Below, piece by piece: positions 12,801 to 23,832 of a DNA stretch of 64,000 nt. The notes under the pieces are model-generated. The model did no database searches. It saw nothing but the letters and a program-made list of their open reading frames with translations, and was not told the origin of the DNA. The DNA is from Eledone cirrhosa. Lineage: Eukaryota. Each line of letters starts with the position of its first letter. The first letter of the stretch is position 1. The position numbers were made by a program, and so were the translations under genes. Location: positions 90,458,001-90,522,000 of the forward strand of contig OZ024743.1 of NCBI GenBank assembly GCA_964016885.1, written 5' to 3'.

Positions 12801-13138
12801 TAGTCTCGCAGAGGCACCTCTCCATCTCACCTCTTGCACGCAGCATACATCCACATGCCTTCTCTCCAGCATCTCCGCTATTTCAGCAGATCTACCTCTG
12901 ATAGTGCCAACATTAAGTGTTGCAACTCTGAGATGCGACGTCTTCATATTTTGTTGTTCCTATATACTTGTTGCTGTGCTAATAATCATTTTGGCATTGA
13001 TACACTGGTTGGATGCCCTTCTTAACACCACTATACAGCATGGACTGGGTGCTTTTATTTGTGCCACCAGCACTAGAGAGGATGTCTTACTAGAATCAAT
13101 GGCCCTCTCTACCCCTCCATTTTACAGCATGGTCATAA
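9898..13138 (-). mobile_element. Full-length RTE/RTE-X LINE family B, copy 1 (disrupted)
   Basis: MKTSHLRVATLNVGT..CVQEVRW (APE), GDFNGHVG, QGSVLSPLLF..LLYADD (RT), C-terminal Cys cluster, GRPRKTW..TRPTLASREKRT, (GAT)n tail. Nonsense codon at 11634 plus frameshifts. Confidence 0.95.
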
Positions 13139-13148
13139 AAAAAATATA

Positions 13149-13179
<31 letters not shown>

Positions 13180-15225
13180 AGAATTAAAATACTAGAGTGC
13201 ATTGGAGTAAAACACACTCGTCGTATTATAGAAATGACAGTATAAGATATAGCTCAATGTAATACAACAGAGCCGAAAAATTAATAAGGCCTTAATTATG
13301 GCCATGCGAATGTCTAGTCTTACGCGACCCCAGATTGATGTTATATTAGCCGCCCGTAGGACTCATCAAATTCGAAGATACACTTTGGACGCGTAAAAAC
13401 ACACCCAACAACTTTGACGTTACAATGGGTTCGAGTGATTTGGCGCAGGTAACTGATCTTGTTGGGCTGTTCCTCTTGAATGAACTGTATGTTAGCTTTC
13501 CGCACCTTAAAGGGGGACTTTATCGTGACGATGCATTATTTGTGATAAACTCTAGCACTAATAACATTGAGCATAATAGGAAGAAGCTTTATAAATTTTT
13601 AAAAAATTTTAACCTTTCGATCACGATTGATAAGAATGATAGAGCAGTCAACTTTTTAGATGTGACATTAGACTTGGTCACTAATAGTTATAAACCCTTC
13701 CACAAACCAAATGAGACACTCTCTTACGTTAACCCTAATTCCAACCACCCTAAATCTATGATTAGTTCTATAATTAATGGTGTATCTAATAGAATCTCCA
13801 CACTCTCTAAGGATATAGGAATATTTAATTCACATGCAGAGTATTATAATAATGCCCTAGCTAACTCTTGTTACTCTGGTAAAATACATTTTAAGGAGGA
13901 CGGCCTTGGAATGACTCCGATCACCCATAGTAACGTAATATCCCATAATATGGCCTTGAATGGGAGAAGAAAATATAGGAATCATAGAAATCTTGTAGAT
14001 ATATCCAAACCGAACCCTAAGCTTAACTACCGAAATAGTGAGTCCAACGGTACGCATTTCGAGTTTGGTTCTAGGGAACGGGATAGGCGCTCTGAACGTT
14101 CACCCAGTGGTAATGTTTTAACTGCTTCTAATAGTATCACTTCAACTGTTCCTCGTATTAACCCGGATCCTATTAATAGGATACCACATTACGGTAGAGA
14201 TAGTAAACGTAGGAATAGGAGGAGACTCAATACTTACTTTAACCCGCCTTTTGATCATGAAGTATCAACTAATATCCCTAGGTCTTTCTTTTCTATTTTA
14301 GAGAAAAATTTCCCTCCTACTAATAAATATCATGGTATCTTTAATAAAAATGTAATTAAACTCTCCTTCTCTACCACCCCTAACATTAATTCTCATCTAG
14401 CTAGCACTAACAATAGGAAAATTAGGGATAGCTACTTCTCTTGCGTACTGCTAATCTAGATAGCTCTATTGATAACTTACCGCCTGAGCAGATCTTATCT
14501 TATAATAATAATAACACTAGGAATAATGCATTGCGTAATCAGCTAGTCACTAGTACCCGGAAGTGTAACTGTAGATTAAGTAATAACTGCCCCTTAAATG
14601 GTCACTGCCTCTCTATGAACATTGTTTATGCATGTGAAGTTAAGACTAATTCTTCTTGTAGCACATATATAGGCTCCACATCGACTACTTTTAAAACTAG
14701 GTTTAATTCACATATTTCTAATTTTAAGCATATCAAGTTTAAGAACTCTACTTCTTTGGCACACCATATCTGGGATTTAAAAGGGGCCGGTATACCATAT
14801 AGCCTAAATTGGCGAATTGTAGCACACTCTAATCACCTATCAACACACACTAAATTCTGTAATCTTTGTATCCTAGAGACCCACTCTATAATTTTCTCTA
14901 GGAACATATTGCTTAATAGAAAATCTGAGATATTTTCTTCCTGTCCGCATGCCATTTCTAATTCTTTCTTCTATTATAGACCTAAAAGTTCTAGTAGTTT
15001 AAACCGTATCCATTAGCTGCTATATTTCCCTATCTCTTTGGTTTTAGTTTATTATTATTACCATTATTATTAGTTTTCTACGGTTGTTTTGATTTTCGAA
15101 TTTTAGTTTTCATAGTCTTATTAGCTACCTTACCATATCTATCATCTGAAACATTATTACATTTTTACTCAATATTATCGCCTTGTAAGTTTGTATCTTA
15201 TTGAATAGTTTAAATTTTTGAGTCT
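13180..15225 (+). mobile_element. Penelope-like element, Naiad-type (RT + GIY-YIG endonuclease), 5'-truncated and frameshifted
   Basis: FEDTLWTRK..FDVTMGS..LVGLFLL..GLYRDD..NFLDVTLDL..KPN..SNHP..FNPPF. Second frame: KCNCR..CPLNGHCL..IVYACEV..YIGSTSTTFKTRFNSH..CNLCILE..LLNRKSE..CPH. Starts at a (TA)n tract. Confidence 0.9.
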
Positions 15226-15227
15226 TA

Positions 15228-15545
15228 ATCCTGTGTCATGACCTTTGAGAGGTGCAATTGTGCAAGGTCAGCTTTTCTAGGTCTTCCTCTTCCATAGATT
15301 CTTTCATCTTTGATCGCATTGCACCTTTTTATACAGCTGTCATCCTTCATATGCATCACATATCCTTACCACTACAATCTCCTATCCTGCACACTGCATC
15401 TGACTCTCTTATGCCCAATTTCTCTCTTAGTTCATTTATGCTTTGCTGTTCATATATATTATACCATGAGAACATGCAAGTTTCATTTCTTTCCAATTTT
15501 TGTAGGTCCTCTGCACACATCACCCAGGTCTCACTTCCATGCAGA
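15228..15545 (-). mobile_element. RTE 3' coding fragment
   Basis: Reverse strand encodes HGSETW..LQWxGYVMHMKDDSCIKRC-like RTE C-terminus, homologous to 4680-5030. Confidence 0.75.
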
Positions 15546-15843
15546 AAATCATCTTTTAGTTCATCTGATAGTCCCGATTATGGAACATATGCAGAGATAA
15601 TAGTTGCAGTTGTTCTATCCTAAATTTAATGATTCTGTCATTTACTCTGTTTACCACGATTACAATATCTACTCATTTTTAATACCTACTTCGCTTAGAT
15701 GATTCATGCCAACAAAAAGTTTTCCAACCTTGTCTCATCAGGAGAGAAGTACTACACGGTAGATTTTTCTTAGGAGACATATATAGGGTAGATTTCTAGT
15801 GAGGAATATATAATATATAACTTTATCTGATTTATTCGTTTTA

Positions 15844-16120
15844 CAAAGTTTATAATGGTATTGGAATGAAGTAGTGTGGTGGAATATTAAATGTTAAGTG
15901 TTAGTTGAACAAGTACTTTCATGCTTTCGCAATCTTCAGGTTCATATTCTGTGGTGACAGTCAAGTTTGCAATTTTCAACTGTGTTGAAAATTGCAAACT
16001 TGACTGTCACCACAGAATAAGAACCTGAAGATTGCGAAAGCATGAAAGTGCTTGTTCAATTAAAACTTAACATTTGGTATTCTACCGTGCTGTTTCATTC
16101 TAATACCATTATAAATTTTG
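15844..16120. repeat. 277-bp palindrome (137-bp arms, TGT loop) with a minimal hammerhead motif in each arm
   Basis: Position p pairs with 31964-p throughout: 12 G.T wobbles and 2 true mismatches. GAAC-CTGAAGA-TTGCGAAAGCAT-GAAAGT(A/G)CTT-GTTC at 16021-16057 (+) and 15907-15943 (-). Confidence 0.92.
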
Positions 16121-16310
16121 AAGGATTGTAGGTGGAACGAGTAAATCAGACAAAGTTGGAATTCCTTTTATTAATATATATATATATATATATATATTTC
16201 CTGTATGAGCAAGGCATGGTCAGCCAATCAGACACTGCCCACAACAGGACAACCCATCTAACCCATGCTAGCATGGAAGAACGGACGTAAAACGGTGATG
16301 ATGATGATGC

Positions 16311-16610
16311 ATTGGCCTTGCAATCGAAAGGTTGTGAGTTCAATTCTCAGACTGGGTGATGTGTTGTTTCCTTGAGCAAGATACTTTATTTCACATTGCT
16401 CCAGTTTACTCAGCTGTAGAAATGAGATGATAGGGACTGAGGTCCATATCATTCCACTGTAAAGTGGACGTGTAGGCGTCACGGAAAAAAAGCACCCAGC
16501 ACTCACTGTAAATGAGGTTGGTGTTAGGAAGGGCATCCAGCTGTAGAAATCAAGCCAGAATCAGTTCCCGTCCCACCCTTGCAAGCAGGGAAAAGCGGAC
16601 GTAAAATGAA

Positions 16611-16640
<30 letters not shown>
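16311..16640 (+). mobile_element. SINE family 2 with RTE-B tail
   Basis: B-box GAGTTCAATTCTC, CCTTGAGCAAGATACTTT core, tail CCCACCCTTGCAAGCAGGGAAAAGCGGACGTAAAATG followed by (ATG)n. Confidence 0.85.
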
Positions 16641-16642
<2 letters not shown>

Positions 16643-16938
16643 TTTTCTAGGGAGAGAGATGAATGTAAATGCACATATATATATATATATATGTTTAGTT
16701 GAAAATGAACGAACAAAACACAGGAGGCAATTGTACACAGTTATATTAGGTTCACGCTTGGTGGAAGTGGTGGAGGTTTCAACGTTTCAGACAGAAATCC
16801 TTCAAAACAAATAAATAAAAAGGAATTGGAAAAATGAAATCAAAGATATATATATATATACTTACGGTAAACATTGATGCAATTCAATTCAAGCACTCTA
16901 CGTACTTTTTCCACATAGGAATAACGGAGAATATTTAG

Positions 16939-17138
16939 AATAAGAAAAGGCGAAGTAGGTTCAAATGTTAAAGTCCTTTATTGATAAGGCTGTGATTACT
17001 TATTATGTAAGAAGCTGTCTGATGATGTCATGGCACTGGTCAGGCAGAATCGCTTGGCCACTGTCGTTATTGAAATATATATCACAACCTTATCAATAAA
17101 GGACTTTAACATCTGAAACTACTTCGCATTTTCTTATT
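16939..17138. repeat. Inverted repeat, 58-bp arms around an 84-bp spacer, between (TA)n tracts
   Basis: 16939-16996 is the reverse complement of 17081-17138, with 4 mismatches. Confidence 0.85.
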
Positions 17139-17189
17139 ATATATATACACATACATATGTAGTACAATAACTTTCAAGGATAAATACAA

Positions 17190-17715
17190 TGAATTTATGA
17201 GAGAAGCATAAACAAACTGAGAGAGAAACTAGGCATAAGCAGAATAGGATGCAGTGAGGAAGAGAGGAGACTGCATTGGTATAGACATGTGAGGCTTATA
17301 TAGGATGACAGCTGTATAAAAAGGTGCAGAGTGCTTAAAGTCAATGGAGTGGGGAGACCCACGAAGACTTGGAATGAGGTGATAAAAGCTGACCTTGCTC
17401 AATTGCACCTCTTAAAGACGATGACACAGGACTGAAATCTCTGGCATTATGCAGTAATACAGAAAACCCACTTTCCCATTGGCACAGGCTGAAGTTGAAG
17501 TATACATATATATAATATGCACCACACCCTCCAATACATCTCTCAGGCTGTAGCATATGTCCAATGAAGCCTCCTACCCACACTGTAAAGTGGTCGTGAT
17601 GGCAACACAGAAAAAAAGCACCCAGTCCACATTGTAAAGTGGTCGTGTAGGAGTCATGACAAAAAGCACCCAGTCCACATTTTAAATGTGGTTGGCGTTA
17701 GGAAAGGCATCCAGC
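17190..17715 (+). mobile_element. RTE 3' fragment
   Basis: Homologous to 48460-48980 (RRLHWYRHV..DDSCIKRCR..GRPTKTW) plus 3' UTR modules. Confidence 0.75.
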
Positions 17716-18015
17716 CAAGCTCATGGATGTTATCCAACCATCTTGCTTGGGATCTGCCCCTGGGTCTCCTACCTGTTGGTTTTGCCCATAAAATCAGTCT
17801 AGCAATTCTTTCCTGAGACATTCTAACCACATACCCATAGTATCGCGGCTATGATTTCTCAATGCGGAGAAGTAGTGGATCTACCTTGAGTGACTCTGAT
17901 CTCCAAGCTACGCACTCTATTGAGTAACGTTACTCCAAAGACCCTTCGGAGGAATCCCATTTCAGCCACTTGTATTTGCGATTGCATTCTTTCGGCCTTA
18001 CCCAAGATTCCTGAC
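17716..18015 (-). mobile_element. Fragment of a further RTE-clade (Expander-like) LINE
   Basis: Same sequence family as 36575-37230 and 28160-28425 (ILWAKPTGRRPRGRSQARWLDNIHE). Confidence 0.75.
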
Positions 18016-18067
18016 ATCTTCAATGTATGATTTTAATGTTTTCTTAAATATTTTTTTTTGCTCATAG

Positions 18068-18126
18068 TTTGTCCATCTTTAAAAAATGTTAGAAAAAGAA
18101 GATTCCGGAAAACCTTAAAAAAGAAG
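18068..18126 (+). CDS. TAF7: TAF7-like exon C, phase 1/0
   Basis: ttttgctcatag| ... |gtaatt. With the split codon A+TT it reads ICPSLKNVRKRRFRKTLKKK, the TAF7 signature ITLPLKNVRKRRFRKTAKKK. Confidence 0.92.
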
Positions 18127-20453
18127 GTAATTACAACCTCTTGTATATTTCTACTGTTTTGGAGTGAGGTTTGTGTCTATGTCTTTGTAAGTGTGTGTAT
18201 CATCATCATCATCATCATCGTTTAACGTCCATCTTCCACGCTAGCATGGGTTTGGACGGGAATTTTCACACTTGAAGCAAGATTGGTTGTCTTGCTTGTA
18301 TAGGACTGTCTGGCAGGTTTTCTACGGCTAGATGCCCTTCCTAACACCAACCACGTTTACAGTGTGGACTGGGAGGTTTTTACCATGTTACCTATACAGC
18401 CACATTACAGCGTGGACTCTGTGTTTTTTTTGTCATGACACCTACACGACCTCATTTATTTAGGACTGGATACTGTGGTACCAATGTATGTATGTATGCA
18501 AGGCGGTGAATTGACAGAGTCATTATAATGTCAGATAGAATGCTTTATGGTATTCGTTTTGGCTCTTTTCTATCTCAGTTCAAATCCCACTGAGGTCAAC
18601 TTTACCTTTCATCTATTCATGGTCGATAAAAAAGTACCAGTCTAGAACTGGTGTCCATTCTTCCTCTGTATCTCTTTCTCACTGCAATTATCTAACTCTA
18701 TCATTCTTTAGAAGAAACCTACTGTATTCATACCTGGAGAGGAGATGGGCTCTGCTAAGTTTTAAAAAAATACCCTAGAAACGCTGTATGCCAATACAGT
18801 GCCCTACGACTCACTCAGGAGTTACGGGACCATGCATGCATGGATGTATGTATTTACATGTGCTTTATTTAATAATTGTTTCCACTTTAGGCACAAGGCC
18901 AGCAATTTGAAGTGGAAATGAAAGTCGATCAAATCGATCCCAGTACATTACTGGTGCTTTATTTTATTGGCCCTGTAAGGATGAAAGGCAAAGCTAATCT
19001 CGATGGGATTTGAACTTAGACTGAAAAAGATTGTAACTCTATGCTGCAAAGCATGGTGTCCGACTCTCTACCAATAATGATTTCTTTATTTCTCCTGAAT
19101 TTTCAGTAAGGTATATTTTTTGTGTGTATTTTATAAATACAATATCTCTTATTTCTCCTGAAGTTAGAATAGGGTTTGTGTGTGTATGTGTGTGTTTTAT
19201 AAATACATCTGATGTGTTTTATTTTATTTCAATACATATGGTGTATTTTTCTTTAATTTCAAGTGTATGAATAAGTTTTGTAAATACAATATCTCATATT
19301 TCTCCTGAAGTTAGAGTATATGAGTGTGTTTTATAAATATAACATCTCATGTATTTCTCCTTAATTTCAATTATATGTATGTGTGTTATAAATACAACAT
19401 CTCGTACTAGTTAGTAAAAGTGTAACCCTGTATGAATTATGTCCTTTGAATGGTTTAGGAAATGCCAGTGGAAGGAAGTCGCAGTAAAGGTAGACCAAGA
19501 AAGACCTAGGCAGAGGTTGTGAAACCTCAAATCACTAACAGAAGTGATGACAAAAGATCGCATGCTGAGAAGGACCCATGCAAGCATGAAAAAAGCAACG
19601 TAAAAACAATGGGGATGATGATGATGATGATGACTTCAGTCAGTATTCCAACACTTTAGTGAAGTCACTCCTACCTGTGAAAGTCCTTCCACTCTGCTAC
19701 ATTGTGGCTGCAATCTATATTATAGTGGAACAACTGTTTCGATGAAGAGTCTTCCAGTTGTTTGATCAATGGAATGGCTTGCTTGTGAAATTAACATGCA
19801 AGTGGCTGAGTATTCCAAAGACACATGCCCTCTAAATGTAATTCTCAGGGAGATTTAGTATGACATAGTGTGTGATAAGGCTAGAACTTTGAATTACTAG
19901 TACAGTTCATCTGATGAGCTTCCAAACAGTTTCTGCTACCCAATTTCACTCTTAAGGCATGGATCAACCTGAGGCTATGGTAAATGAAACTTTCCTAAGA
20001 TGTCATACAATGGGATTGAACCCATGACCTAATGGTTGTGAAGTGAACTCCTTAACCATTCAGCCATGCTGCCTCTACTATATTATAGTAACTCTACAGC
20101 AACTTCACCATCATATAATGTCCATCCTTCCATGTCCATCCTTCCATGCTGGTATGGGTTAAATGAGTCGTCATAGACAAAGTCAGTACTTCACTGGAGC
20201 CACTAACACCTCAGACAGGCCAGGGATCCACATCTCGCATATGTTCCAAAACCTTACAGAGTGTACTGGGTGCATTTTATTGTGGCACCAGCACTAGAGA
20301 GGCTTTATGCCCTTGACACAGCTGAAGGATCCTCTCAATCTATCTTTAGCAAGTTTCTTCTTTGGCTGGATGTCCTTCCTAACACCAACCACTTGTAAAA
20401 GAAGACTGAAAAAAAAAGCAGTGTAAAAAGTATATTTTTGTTTTGTATTTTAG

Positions 20454-20664
20454 TATACAGAACAACCAGATATTGAAAAAGAAGTAAAGCGACTTTTTAG
20501 AATGGATGCCGAAGCTATTGATGTAAAGTGGGAAGTGTTAACTGAAGAAGAGAAGACACTGTCAGAAAGCAACAGCCAAAACCAAATTGTGGAAGCTAGT
20601 GGTACTGCAGTACAAGCTGAAGATAACATATATACAGCTGATTCCAGTATTAGTCTGGATATAG
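20454..20664 (+). CDS. TAF7: TAF7-like exon D, phase 0/1
   Basis: tattttag| ... |gtaaga. YTEQPDIEKEVKRLFRMDAEAIDVKWEVLTEEEK matches TAF7 YIESPDVEKEVKRLLSTDAEAVSTRWEII. Confidence 0.92.
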
Positions 20665-21009
20665 GTAAGAATTCTTGGGATTATTCCTTTCATTACCATA
20701 TTTCTAATTAAAAATACAGCCCATGAGTTTAGCTTTCAAATAATTTAGAAAATAATCAAATGTTGGTAGGGTTTTGGTAGAATAACTTACTTTTTCATTA
20801 TTATTAAGATGGAGGTTAACTTTGCCTTTCATCCTTACGGGGTTGATAAAATAAAGTACCAGTAATGCACTAGGGTCGATTTAACCAATTTTTCCCCTCT
20901 CCCAAAATTGTTGGCCTTGTGCCTAAATCAGAAACCGTTATTAAGATGGTATTTAGAACATAATTTAAGGGTTCTTACATAAAATTATGTTTTATGGTTT
21001 TTAGACTTT

Positions 21010-21625
21010 ATGGCTCAAATACATGACTAGTACTGGCTTTACAACTTTAGTACACTACTAGTTAAACTTTATCACTTGTATGTGACTAATAATGATTTTA
21101 TGAACCTACTGCATGACTAGTACTGACTTTATGATACTAGTACATGGCTAGTACTGACTTTAGGATGCTAGCACATGGCTAGTACTGACTTTATGACTAG
21201 TACATGGATAGAATTGACTTTATGACGTATATACATGGCTAGTACTGACTTTATGATGCTAGTACATCTAGTACTGACTTTATGACGTATATACATGGCT
21301 AGTACTGACTTTATGATGCTAGTACATCTAGTACTGACTTTATGACGTATATACATGGCTAGTACTGACTTTATGATGCTAGTACATCTAGTACTGACTT
21401 TATGACGTATATACATGGCTAGTACTGACTTTATGATGCTAGTACATCTAGTACTGACTTTATGACGTATATACATGGCTAGTATTTACTTTATGATGCT
21501 AGTACATGACTAGTAGCAACATTATGACACTAATACATGGATAGAACTGACTTTATGATACCTATATGGCTAGTACTGACTTTATGATACTAGTACATGG
21601 CTAGTACTGACTTTATAGCATAGTA
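21010..21625. repeat. Minisatellite of 29-31-bp AGTACT-containing units, homogenised as a 60-bp dimer
   Basis: Lines 21241-21480 are four identical 60-bp repeats (agtactgactttatgatgctagtacatct + agtactgactttatgacgtatatacatggct). Flanks are degenerate. Confidence 0.95.
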
Positions 21626-21707
21626 CATACCTTTTTTGCATTATCGCCCATTTTCACAAGGAAAAATTTTCCACTGTCCACAATGTAGTAAATATTCAAA
21701 ATTATAG

Positions 21708-22090
21708 CAACTGCAGAGGATATGCGAGGGCTGGAGAGAAATAAAGCAAGCATGCTCCGTTGGATGTGCAATGTCAATGTGCGTGAACGACCAAGCATAG
21801 ATGAGTTGAGAGAGAAACTGTGTATAAGAGGGATAAGTTGTAGTGTGTTGGAGAGAAGACTGCGATGGTATGGACATGTGATGCACATGGAGGATGACTG
21901 CTGAGTAAAGAAGTCCCAGTAGAAGGAAGACCACGAAAAACATCAGCGGAGGTGGTGAGAGCAGACTTCAGATCGCTGAAGCTCACGGTGGAGATGACGA
22001 AGGAGTGTGACAAGTGGAGAGATGCTGTGCTGAACAGGACCCATCCCACCCTTGCAAGAAGGGAAAAGCGGACGTAAAATGATGATGACA
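21708..22090 (+). mobile_element. RTE family B 3' fragment
   Basis: MRGLERNKASMLRWMCNVNVRERPS..LRWYGHV and the tail GGGAAAAGCGGACGTAAAATGATGATG. Confidence 0.88.
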
Positions 22091-22414
22091 CCAAAAATGT
22101 TTGATAATAGTTTGTTGCTGATTCGTGACTTTTTATGATGTAGTAAAAAAAATTATCAAAGGGAGGTAATAAATAATACTGACATGTAGCTGTTGTTATT
22201 ACTGTATTAATGAACAAACGACAGCATACACGACCATATGACACTGTATTTCATTCAATTTTATTAAATTGGGATTAGATATAACTATACTTTGATGATA
22301 AAACAAGCCATGTTTACTATGAAGCTGATACCATTTTGTGGCATCATTGTCATTTTGTAAATCTATAAATTCATCATTTACATCGTCTTCACAATTGATT
22401 ACATGGATTTCAAA

Positions 22415-22790
22415 CACATCTTCACATAGCCATACTCCACTTCACTGTCTTCACATAACCATACTCCACTCCATTGTCTGCTCACATCTTCACCTAGCCA
22501 TACTCCACTCCACTGTCTGCTCACATCTTCACCTAGCCATACTCCACTCCACTACTCGCTACTCATATCTTCACCTAGCTATACTCTACTCCACCTCATA
22601 TCTTCACCTAGCCATACTCTACTCCACTCCCTACTCAAATCTTCATCTATCCTCACTCCACTCCTATACTACTTCATATCTACACTCCACACCCTACTCA
22701 TATCTTCATCTATCCTCACTCCACTCCTATACTGCTTCATATCTACACTCCACACCCTACTCATATCTTCATCTATCCATACTCCACTAC
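22415..22790. repeat. C-rich minisatellite (about 39-bp and 66-bp units)
   Basis: Repeated cacatcttcacctagccatactccactccactgtctgct and derived variants. Confidence 0.85.
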
Positions 22791-22955
22791 TTGCAGACTC
22801 CATGATAAGCTTTATACTAATTATGGGGCTCCACTTTTTGTGGCAATATTTTACAGCTGGATACCAGCCCTTTTTATTGCTTCTTAGAACTTGCAGGGAT
22901 ACGGTGTATCTAACTGGGTACACACACATAATTTGTGTGTGTGTGTGTGTGTGTA

Positions 22956-23032
22956 CAAGGTATCCAAAAAAATTGTATACACATTTATTAGAATGATTTT
23001 TAACTGTGAATACATTTTTAGGGGACACCCTG
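22956..23032. mobile_element. Tc1/mariner-type MITE
   Basis: TA|CAAGGTATCC..AAAATTGTAT ... ATACATTTTT..GGACACCCTG|TA imperfect TIRs. Same family as 45227-45327. Confidence 0.65.
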
Positions 23033-23069
23033 TATATATATATATATATATGTATGTATTTATGTATAC

Positions 23070-23832
23070 ACAACAAAAAGCACCAAGCCCACACTGTAAA
23101 GTCATCATGTAGGTGACACAACAAAAAGTGCCCAGCCCACACTGTAAAGTGGTCATGTAGGTGTCACGACAAAAAGTACCCAGTACACACTCTAAAGTGG
23201 TCGTTTAGGTGTCACAACAAAAGTGCCCAGTACACACTGTAAAGTGGTCATGTAGGTGTCACAACAAAAAGTACCCAGTACACACTCTAAAGTGGTCGTT
23301 TAGGTGTCACAACAAAAAGTGCCCAGTACACACTGTAAAGTGGTCATGTAGGTGTCATGACAAAAAGTACCCAGTACACACTCTAAAGTGGTCGTTTAGA
23401 TGTCACAACAAAAAGTGCCCAGTACACACTGTAAAGTGGTCATGTAGGTGTCACAACAAAAAGTACCCAGTACACACTCTAAAGTGGTCGTTTAGGTGTC
23501 ACAACAAAAAGTGCCCAGTACACACTGTAAAGTGGTCGTGTAGGTGTCACAACAAAAAGTACCCAGTACACACTCTAAAGTGGTCGTTTAGGTGTCACAA
23601 CAAAAAGTGCCCAGTACACACTGTAAAGTGGTTGTGTAGATGTCACGACAAAAAGCACCCAGTATGTACTGTAAATGTGGTTGGTGTTAGGAAGGGCATC
23701 CAGTTGTAGAAACCAAGCCAAAATCAGTTCTGTATGAGCAAGACACAGTCATCTGACTTGGCTTGATTTACAATGGGACAACTCGTCTAACCCATGCTAA
23801 CGTGGAAAAACAGACATTAAATGATGATGACA
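23070..23832 (+). repeat. About 12 tandem 48-bp units (alternating A/B) inside a SINE/RTE-tail element
   Basis: Unit acaaaaagtgcccagtacacactgtaaagtggtcatgtaggtgtcaca, then the GGTGTTAGGAAGGGCATCCAG module and (ATG)n tail. Confidence 0.92.

Noticed and set aside
14441-14459. Programmed frameshift between the Penelope RT and GIY-YIG ORFs
   Set aside because: No slippery heptamer is visible, these elements normally have a single ORF, and other indels occur upstream of 13425. It is most likely decay.
14560-14960. Selenocysteine-encoding Naiad variant
   Set aside because: The zinc-binding Cys positions are TGT/TGC, with no in-frame TGA.
15690-15745. Minus-strand CTGATGA-GACAAGG possible hammerhead near the Naiad 3' end
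   Set aside because: A weak stem II exists, but the GAAA and stems I/III cannot be placed.
19911-19940. CTGATGA hammerhead-like core
   Set aside because: No stem II/GAAA/stem III follows, and it lies at a SINE junction.
23070-23675. CRISPR-like appearance of the regular 48-bp repeats (also the 60-bp and 23-bp arrays)
   Set aside because: Head-to-tail tandem units with no unique spacers, no cas genes, and a eukaryotic context.
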